From NCBI GenBank assembly GCA_018674495.1, contig JABHAA010000121.1:22848-86847 (forward strand): a DNA stretch of 64,000 bases, given 5' to 3'. The notes under the pieces were generated by a model, which did not search any database, was not told where the DNA came from, and worked only from the letters and a program-made list of their open reading frames with translations. The DNA comes from Rhodospirillaceae bacterium. GTDB lineage: Bacteria; Pseudomonadota; Alphaproteobacteria; Rhodospirillales; UBA2165. Every line of letters begins with the position of its first letter. The stretch's first letter is position 1. Of this stretch, positions 56,799-64,000 are shown piece after piece. Position numbers and translations under genes: made by a program.

Positions 56799-56885
56799 AT
56801 GGAATTAATAAAGAAATATTCGGTCACGGTGTGGCTCTTTATTGCCCTGGTATTTTTTATTGGCGTTACCGTGGCCCTTAGGTGA
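56799..56885 (+). CDS. 28-aa hydrophobic peptide (not in ORF track)
   Basis: MELIKKYSVTVWLFIALVFFIGVTVALR*; starts 12 nt after the regulator stop; GAAAGA upstream. Confidence 0.45.
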   Translation: MELIKKYSVTVWLFIALVFFIGVTVALR

Positions 56886-57088
56886 CGGCTAGATTGGAAA
56901 ATCGCGACTTCCGCGAACCAGGATGGCGCGTAGGCGGCTGATAGCGGCTTCATCAAGTGCCCTGATTGACCTCACTAAGGATGAAACAGATAAATTGAAT
57001 TGCACAATACTAAAACATCCGTCGTTGAATCCCAGCACGTTTGGCTCCCGAGCCTCCCCCCTGAAAAGCGTTCTGGTATTCCTCAACT

Positions 57089-57123
57089 GTGCCGGCCTTT
57101 CCCTGTTAGGCCGGCACTTTTTT
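57089..57123 (+). terminator. Intrinsic terminator/attenuator directly before nhaA
   Basis: Perfect 10-bp stem GTGCCGGCCT/AGGCCGGCAC, 9-nt loop, T6 tract. Confidence 0.85.
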
Positions 57124-57142
57124 GCTACCTGTAGGAGCCAAG

Positions 57143-58306
57143 ATGCCACTGTCTGCAATTCGTGAATTTCTTAGACTTGAAGCTGCTGGTGGGATTGTTT
57201 TAATCATTGCGTCGGCGCTCGCCATTATTCTAGCCAACTCGCCTCTTAGCGGATTCTACTCGGCAACACTCGATATTCCAGTCGCGATTCAGTTCGGCGC
57301 TTTAAAAATCGCCAAGCCTTTGTTGTTGTGGATCAACGACGGAATGATGGCCGTATTTTTTTTCCTAGTGGGATTGGAGATTAAACGGGAAATCCTAGAT
57401 GGCGAACTTTCGACGCCGTCGCAGTTGGCCCTCCCTACCATGGCAGCTGTTGGAGGTATGGCAGGACCTGCCTTAATTTACGCTGTGATCAATCATGGCA
57501 ATCCCATTAACATGAATGGATGGGCCATTCCCACGGCTACCGATATTGCCTTTGCTCTTGGTATTCTTGCGCTTTTGGGAAGCCGAGCACCGATTTCGTT
57601 AAAAATACTATTAACAGCCATTGCCATCATCGATGACCTGGGCGCGATCATTATTATCGCTGTGTTTTTTACCGAAAACCTCTCTCTTTTGTCCCTTTTA
57701 TTGGGTGGAGTGGCCATCGTTGGGCTGGTGATAATTAACCGACTACAAATAACCCGTCCCGCCGCCTACATATTGCTCGGCATCGTCTTGTGGGTTTGCA
57801 CCCTTAAATCAGGCGTTCACGCAACATTGGCGGGTGTCATCACGGCTTTCGCAATTCCTATGCGGACAACGGATATAACAGATAGATCGTTGCTGAAGGA
57901 CCTAGAGCACCGATTACATCCATGGATTGCGTTTATGATCTTGCCTATATTTGCCTTTGCAAATGCTGGCGTGTCCTTCAGTGGGATTGGCGTTTCAAGT
58001 TTTGTAGAGCCGGTAAAACTTGGGATTTCCTTTGGATTGTTTGCAGGAAAACAATTGGGTGTGTTTTTCATGCTATTGCTTGGCATTAAGCTCGGCGTAT
58101 CAGCCATGCCGCGTGACACAAACTGGGCACAGCTCTACGGAATTTCTTTGTTATGCGGTGTTGGCTTCACTATGAGTTTATTTATTGGCTCACTCGCTTT
58201 CGAGCATTCATCATTCGATGTACCAATTCGTTTAGGCGTACTAACTGGATCAATTCTTTCAGCTGTGACTGGATATTTATTGATACGTTTTGGGTCTTCT
58301 CGGTGA
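57143..58306 (+). CDS. nhaA: Na+/H+ antiporter NhaA
   Basis: WINDG.MAVFFF.VGLEIKRE, GWAIPTATDIAFA, IIDDLG, LKSGVHAT, CGVGFTMS; AGGAG RBS. Confidence 0.98.
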   Translation: MPLSAIREFLRLEAAGGIVLIIASALAIILANSPLSGFYSATLDIPVAIQFGALKIAKPLLLWINDGMMAVFFFLVGLEIKREILDGELSTPSQLALPTMAAVGGMAGPALIYAVINHGNPINMNGWAIPTATDIAFALGILALLGSRAPISLKILLTAIAIIDDLGAIIIIAVFFTENLSLLSLLLGGVAIVGLVIINRLQITRPAAYILLGIVLWVCTLKSGVHATLAGVITAFAIPMRTTDITDRSLLKDLEHRLHPWIAFMILPIFAFANAGVSFSGIGVSSFVEPVKLGISFGLFAGKQLGVFFMLLLGIKLGVSAMPRDTNWAQLYGISLLCGVGFTMSLFIGSLAFEHSSFDVPIRLGVLTGSILSAVTGYLLIRFGSSR

Positions 58307-58477
58307 GCAGCTGATTGCCGAAATTTATCATGCGTTGAATGATTTCAATGAACAAACAAGTAAGCCCTGAACGCAGTAATACCTTTTGACCAAAAAACAA
58401 ATATTTCTATTGAAGCGATTTGCGACCCTCAGACGCGATGGACTTCCCCAGAAGTTCAATTATAGAATCTCTAGTCT

Positions 58478-58777
58478 ATGAAGAACTTGCGGCGTCTTTG
58501 GTATGGCGAACTGGCGCTCCAAAATGCGTTTTAGGACTGGGCTGTTTTCGGCGGTCTTATCGTCAACATTTCGTCCAGCGGATTTGCTCTTCTCTTGATC
58601 ATGAGTGAACGCCCGATTTCGGGAATCATTGTCGGCTACGCTTTTTCCGTTCCATACAACATCACGGTCTTAGTGAGCGTGTGGCGTTCAGCCGAACGGT
58701 TCGCCGGTGAACGTCACTTGGCTGTCTTTGCTCGGATCATAACGGTTATTGGTATGGTTCTGCTCAGCGCTACATGA
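58478..58777 (+). pseudogene. Small membrane protein gene interrupted by in-frame TAG
   Basis: MKNLRRLWYGELALQNAF*DWAVFGG...VWRSAERF...; TAG at 58532-58534, probably from TGG. Confidence 0.7.
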
Positions 58778-59348
58778 TGGGCTGGCCCGGACCAAAGCGA
58801 TCCCGCAACTCCGTCTTCTCCACCACAACGAAACCTCGACGAAAAATTCGCCCTCTAATTAATCACTCCATCTTTCCATCAAAGATAAAGTGTTGCGTCG
58901 ATCACTTGAGTCCCCCCAGAAGCTCAAGTTCCCGCCGAATACGCTAAATGTGCACAGACCATAAAACGGCGGCAAATACCCAAACTAAATTTTTTGGGTA
59001 TTCACGGGTTTCGAAATTTTTTGATTTTTGTACTCCGCCAATTTCCACTTTGCCTCTCCCCCTCAATCGATCAACGCAACACATGCTCTAAATCTTTCTA
59101 CCGACGTTTCTCGCCTCCATTTTGGCATCGGAAAATAGCCTCGGTTGGGTGCCGCGCACGGCATCGGAAACAAAATAAATTACTTGTTGGAAATATTTCC
59201 AATATCATATGATGAGAGAAAGGAGAGTTTTATCGAGGCACATCTCAACGCGGTAGTATAGTATTCGTGCTATCGTTGAAGCGGAATTACGCTGATATTT
59301 CCTGCACTTATCCTACGGCATAACGATGAGCGATCCTGGGGAACAAAA

Positions 59349-61349
59349 TTGGTTGTAAAAAATCAATCGCAAATCACTGACACATTTTTCGAACATGAAG
59401 ACGTATTTAGGGGCATGTTCGAAGAAGCGGGAATCGGCATGGGCATCTCGACCATAGACGGTCAGTTTCTGCTGGTGAATCGCGCCTTGTGCCAGATGTT
59501 GGACTATTCCGAAAAAGAACTGTTGGCACAATCCGTGTATGATATTACGTGGAAAGAAGACCGCTCCCTTACCCGCGATGCTCGAGAACGTATCGTCAAC
59601 GATGGCAGGAAGATGGACACCATCGAAAAACGGTTTGTGCGCCGTGATGGGGTCGTTATCTGGGGGTTGCTGAACAGAACCCTGGTAAGAGACGAGCAGG
59701 GTAATCCGCATTATTTTGTCTCCCAAATCCAAGATATCAGCGAAAAGAAGGCTCACGAGGAAGAGTTGCGGCAAAGCCAGGAACAGTTGGAACTTGCTCA
59801 AACCCGTCTTCAGGACGCGATCAACTCACTGCCCATTGGGTTCAACTATTATGACGCTGACGAACGCCTTGTGTCTTTTAACCAGAATGTAATAACCCGG
59901 CTTGATCAGGCCATGGAATTAGCGCCTGGGAAACGTGCGGAAGAGATTATCCGGGATGCTGCGTATAGCGGGATCGTGCTTGAAGCGATCGGACGTGAGG
60001 ACGAATGGATCGAACAAAGGCTGAAACGCTTCCGCGAGAAAGGAAACGCGTTTGAATATGAGACCACCGATGGGCGTTCCATACTGATCAGAAACGCGGC
60101 GACCTCTGAAGGCGGCACCGTTGCCATTCGTATCGACATATCCGAACAAAAGCAGGCGGAAAGAGAGATACGTTTACTCAACGAATCCCTCGAGCAAAAA
60201 GTATCGGAAGCGACTACGGAGCTTCAGGCCAGCGAAAAACGATACAGGCTGGTCCTCGAAAATTTGGCCGATGCAGCGATTGTCATCGATACCATCGGCA
60301 TGATCCAATACGTAAATCCCGAGGCTGAAAACATATTTGGCTATTCAACGGATGAAATGATTGGCAACAATATCAATATGCTGATGCCGGAACCGGTTAG
60401 CAGCGCCCATGACGGCTATTTAGCCAGATATTTGAACACCGGTAAGTCTAAGATTATTGGTGTTGGCCGCGCGGTGGACGGTAAGCGCAAAAACGGGACT
60501 ACATTCCCCCTTGATTTGAACATCAGCGAAACAACGATCGACGGGGTAACATCATATTTCGGCACCATCCGCGATATGACTGATCGCGTCAAAGCGGAAA
60601 GAGAAATCGTTGAAGCGAGACTAGATGCCGAAACCTCAAACCGGGTAAAAACCGAATTTCTGGCCAATATGAGCCACGAATTACGAACGCCGTTGAATGC
60701 TATTCTCGGGTTTTCCGAAGCACTGTCTGGCAATATTTTCGGACCATTGGGCAACGAGAAACAGCACGAGTATCTGGACAATATTCACAAGTCTGGACAG
60801 CATTTGCTCGACCTCATCAACGATGTTCTCGATGTGTCAGTGATCGAGGCGGGCAAACTGGAATTGAATGTAACAGAAGTCGATATTGGCGATACAATAA
60901 CGGCCTCGTTGCTCCTCGTAAAATCAAGAGCCGAACAAGGTGGTGTTGAATTCATAAACGCGGACGACGGTCTTCGTCTGGTTTTGCGTGCCGATGAAAG
61001 GCGCATGAGGCAGGTATTTGTTAATCTGCTTTCCAATGCCGTAAAATTTACCGAACCCGGCGGCACAGTGGACGTTAGCGTACAGTGCAAAAAAGATGGA
61101 TCGGCAGTGATTGAGATCAAAGATTCAGGTGTCGGCATGACCAATAAAGATATCCGCCGGGCAATGGATCTGTTTGGACAAGTGCAACGCGACGATAAGA
61201 AAAATTACGAAGGAACCGGGTTGGGATTGCCCTTGACCAAACGGCTTGTCGAAGCCCAGGGGGGAAATTTATTGGTCGAAAGTGAACCCGAAATCGGCAC
61301 TACGGTAATCGTTGAATTCCCAAGAGACAAAATCGTTGCTCAGAACTAA
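59349..61349 (+). CDS. Cytoplasmic multi-PAS sensor histidine kinase (PleC/DivJ-like core)
   Basis: PAS-PAC, PAS7-like and FixL-like PAS domains; FLANMSHELRTPLNAILGFSE, NLLSNAVKFT, DSGVGM, GTGLGL; no TM; start uncertain. Confidence 0.93.
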   Translation: MVVKNQSQITDTFFEHEDVFRGMFEEAGIGMGISTIDGQFLLVNRALCQMLDYSEKELLAQSVYDITWKEDRSLTRDARERIVNDGRKMDTIEKRFVRRDGVVIWGLLNRTLVRDEQGNPHYFVSQIQDISEKKAHEEELRQSQEQLELAQTRLQDAINSLPIGFNYYDADERLVSFNQNVITRLDQAMELAPGKRAEEIIRDAAYSGIVLEAIGREDEWIEQRLKRFREKGNAFEYETTDGRSILIRNAATSEGGTVAIRIDISEQKQAEREIRLLNESLEQKVSEATTELQASEKRYRLVLENLADAAIVIDTIGMIQYVNPEAENIFGYSTDEMIGNNINMLMPEPVSSAHDGYLARYLNTGKSKIIGVGRAVDGKRKNGTTFPLDLNISETTIDGVTSYFGTIRDMTDRVKAEREIVEARLDAETSNRVKTEFLANMSHELRTPLNAILGFSEALSGNIFGPLGNEKQHEYLDNIHKSGQHLLDLINDVLDVSVIEAGKLELNVTEVDIGDTITASLLLVKSRAEQGGVEFINADDGLRLVLRADERRMRQVFVNLLSNAVKFTEPGGTVDVSVQCKKDGSAVIEIKDSGVGMTNKDIRRAMDLFGQVQRDDKKNYEGTGLGLPLTKRLVEAQGGNLLVESEPEIGTTVIVEFPRDKIVAQN

Positions 61350-61540
61350 CATATTCGAATTGCCGCGAAGGTGACCTAAGTAGGGTCAATAGGAGAGATT
61401 CAGCATAACTGGCGGTGTGTTCTGAATAACCCGTTTTGGCCCGACGCAGACAATCCTGCCAATTTATCCTGAATGATTGCCACCGGACCATCTTCCTCTA
61501 GAATGGCGTTTTGTTGGATCACCATAATGGGGGGGTGAAT

Positions 61541-62305
61541 TTGGCTGACCGAGCGGATGAGAGAGGTGCCGGGCGGGCTCTGGTGACTGGGGCTTCGACC
61601 GGAATTGGGCTTGAAATTGCGCTTAACCTGGCCAGGGCGGGCTATAAGCTGGCACTCACCAGCCGCGACACGGCCCGGCTGGAGAGCGTGATCGCCGATC
61701 AGGACTTTGCCGGCGTGACCACCATTCCCATCGAGCTTGAGCTCACTTCGGAGGCTAGCATCGATAATGCAATAGCGACCGCCACCGAATTCCTGGGCGG
61801 GCTCGACGTGCTGGTCAACAACGCGGCTGCGGCGCTGGTCAAACCAGCCGTCGAAGTGACCTGGGACGATTGGGACCGCGTTGTCGACGCCAACCTGAAA
61901 GGCGCCTATTTTCTCTCTTGCCGATTCGCTCAGCATTGCATGGATGCCGGGCACGGCGGCGCCGTCATCAGCATCGCCTCCACCCATGGCTTGCTGGGAT
62001 TTGGCGGGCGCACCGTTTATGGAACGTCCAAGGGTGGCCTGATCCAGATGGCGCGCATGCTGGCGATCGAATGGGCGGACAAAGATATCCGCGTCAATAC
62101 GGTTGCCCCGGCGACCGTGATGACGGAAAGCCGGAAAAAATCCCTGGACCCGGAGGCGCGCAAAACCATGCTCGGCCGTATCCCTTCGGGCCGGTTTCCC
62201 GAACCCGCTGACATCGCCGGCGCGGTGCGCTATCTCGCCAGCCCCGATGCCGGCTCCGTCACCGGTCAGACCCTGGTCGTCGATGGCGGCCTGTCGGTAG
62301 CCTGA
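61541..62305 (+). CDS. SDR family NAD(P)-dependent oxidoreductase
   Basis: TGASTGIG, NNAA, YGTSK, VDGG; TTG start after a G-rich RBS (start uncertain). Confidence 0.92.
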   Translation: MADRADERGAGRALVTGASTGIGLEIALNLARAGYKLALTSRDTARLESVIADQDFAGVTTIPIELELTSEASIDNAIATATEFLGGLDVLVNNAAAALVKPAVEVTWDDWDRVVDANLKGAYFLSCRFAQHCMDAGHGGAVISIASTHGLLGFGGRTVYGTSKGGLIQMARMLAIEWADKDIRVNTVAPATVMTESRKKSLDPEARKTMLGRIPSGRFPEPADIAGAVRYLASPDAGSVTGQTLVVDGGLSVA

Positions 62306-62347
62306 CATTGGGCTAATGCGAGCCAAAAATGGGGGAGTTAAAGACCT

Positions 62348-63568
62348 ATGTTTAACCTGCACCTCGACGCGGAGCAGATCGAATTTCGCGATACCGTCAG
62401 AAGTTTCGCGGCCAACGAAATCAGGCCCGTCGCCATTCATCCAGACCGGCTGGAGCCATTTGCAAAGCCATTGATGATGGACCTCCTGGGCCAAGCCTCG
62501 GAACTTGGCCTTCGTGTATTGACTCTTTCCGAAGCGGCTGGCGGCGTCGGCGCGGACACGCTGACATCATGCATTGTTCTTGAGGAGATGGCCGCAGGCG
62601 ACGTTGATATCGCGGTGACGCTCGGCGAGACCGATTTGCTCGGCCATCTTTTGTTCGACAACTGGATGACGCCGGATCAAAGCGAACGGTTTCTCAAGCG
62701 ATTTACAGAGGACCCGGCCTTTCACCTCGGCCACGGCGGAAGCACGCCGGAGGTTTCCGGGTGGAACTACCACGAAGACCTTCCAAACGAAACCGGCGCC
62801 GGGGTGAGCGCCGTCATGCAAGACGGAGACTGGGTGATCGACGGCTCGGTTTCCCTCGCCGCCAACGCGCCGATTGCCGATCTGATGGTGGTACCGGTGC
62901 GCAGCGATTGGGCCGGTGGCATGAGCGCGCTTGTTGTGCCCCGGGATACCCCTGGCCTGACCATCGCCGAGACCGGTGAACAGACCCAAGTCCGATGGCA
63001 TCATGGCAGCGCCGCCAATATCCAATTTCGTTCCTGCAAGGTGCCGTCTGAAAACCTGCTCGGCGAGGCAGGAAACAGCCCGCTCAGCGGTGGTGAGTAC
63101 GATGCTTTGCACACCCTCCAGCGCGCCGCGATAAATTTGGGCGTCGGCCAGGCCGCATTCGATGCCGCAGTTGCTTACGCCAAAATCCGGCGCCAGGGCG
63201 GGCGCAATATTGTTGAGCACCAAGCGATTGGTAAATTTATCGCCGGCATGGCGGTCAAGTTGGAAGCGGCGCGCACCATGATTTGGAAGGCGGCCTGGGT
63301 TGCCGACCATCCAGAGGCGATCGCCGACCGCAGCGTTTCGGATTTGCCGCAACAAATTATCGCCAGCATATTCACCGCCGAAACGGTTCTGGAAGTTACC
63401 CAGACGGCCGCCGAATGTTTTGGCGCCATGGCGGTCATGCGCGACATGCCGCTACAAAAATATGTCGAAGACGCGAACATGTTCGTACATTCGAACGGCA
63501 ATGATGTTTCCACCAGCCTTCAAATCGCCGAAGCGGTGGTGGGGTACGAACGCACGCCGGCGGCGTGA
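62348..63568 (+). CDS. Acyl-CoA dehydrogenase family protein (possibly non-catalytic subunit)
   Basis: EQ..FRD.VR.FA, W.IDG, RRQGG, FGA.A....PLQKY. Confidence 0.88.
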   Translation: MFNLHLDAEQIEFRDTVRSFAANEIRPVAIHPDRLEPFAKPLMMDLLGQASELGLRVLTLSEAAGGVGADTLTSCIVLEEMAAGDVDIAVTLGETDLLGHLLFDNWMTPDQSERFLKRFTEDPAFHLGHGGSTPEVSGWNYHEDLPNETGAGVSAVMQDGDWVIDGSVSLAANAPIADLMVVPVRSDWAGGMSALVVPRDTPGLTIAETGEQTQVRWHHGSAANIQFRSCKVPSENLLGEAGNSPLSGGEYDALHTLQRAAINLGVGQAAFDAAVAYAKIRRQGGRNIVEHQAIGKFIAGMAVKLEAARTMIWKAAWVADHPEAIADRSVSDLPQQIIASIFTAETVLEVTQTAAECFGAMAVMRDMPLQKYVEDANMFVHSNGNDVSTSLQIAEAVVGYERTPAA

Positions 63569-63596
63569 AACCGGCGTTAGATGAAAGAGGTTTGCG

Positions 63597-64000
63597 ATGG
63601 ATTTCTCGCTGAACGAAGAACAACAGGATTGGCAGCAAAAAGCGCGCGAATTCGCCACCCATGAAATCCGCCCGATTTCGCTGGCGCGGGATCAAATCGA
63701 AGGCGGCTTTGAGCCTTGGGACTGGGGTGTCATTGAAAAAGGCTCGCGGCTCGGTTTCCGCACGCTGGCAGTTCCGGCAAAATGGGGCGGGCCAGGCACC
63801 GGGTTCGTCACGCAAACACTGGTCATGATGGAGCTTGCCAAAGGCGACAGCGCCATCTGCAAAGCCTTCAGCCAGAACTGGAAATGGAGCCACTTGATCG
63901 CCATTGCCTGTAGCGACGATCAGAAAGAGCGGTTCTTGAAGCCCTTCCTTAGCGACCACAGATATCTTTTGGGCCGCGGCATTACCGAGCCCAACGCCGG
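63597..64000 (+). CDS. Acyl-CoA dehydrogenase family protein (3'-truncated by window edge)
   Basis: MDFSLNEEQQDWQQKAREFA, P.KWGG.G, EL.KGD, ITEPNA; GAGG RBS. Confidence 0.9.
   Translation, partial: MDFSLNEEQQDWQQKAREFATHEIRPISLARDQIEGGFEPWDWGVIEKGSRLGFRTLAVPAKWGGPGTGFVTQTLVMMELAKGDSAICKAFSQNWKWSHLIAIACSDDQKERFLKPFLSDHRYLLGRGITEPNA

Overview
GC-rich alphaproteobacterial (Rhodospirillales-like) chromosomal segment. The conserved backbone is on the minus strand: nnr-matA-tRNA-Leu-tig-clpP-clpX-lon-hupB-tRNA-Val ... tRNA-Asp-nuoA..N-birA-coaX-rnj-DUF1467-tag-(Ala/Thr-rich secreted protein)-proS-lolC/E-lolD-MBL hydrolase-dnaE. It converges on a TAXI-TRAP transporter at the left end. Two accessory blocks interrupt it. 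(i) About 10 kb between tRNA-Val and tRNA-Asp: a Sel1 multidomain protein, an orphan FliG-C fusion, a membrane-anchored RAPP-motif leader ORF followed by a 43-aa membrane peptide, an enolase-superfamily enzyme, oxaloacetate decarboxylase and two MFS transporters. (ii) About 52.4-61.5 kb: TPR-glycosyltransferase, an internally deleted UroD-family gene, TSUP/carbonic anhydrase/BI-1 divergent from a wHTH regulator and nhaA, a nonsense pseudogene, and a FixL-PAS PleC/DivJ-type kinase. An SDR and an acyl-CoA dehydrogenase pair follow. The best candidates for new biology are the RAPP arrest-peptide unit, the terminator/antiterminator leader in front of nhaA within a pH/CO2 module, the orphan FliG-C fusion and the Ala/Thr helical-hairpin insertion protein. 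All calls come from reading the sequence by eye; no searches or folding programs were run.
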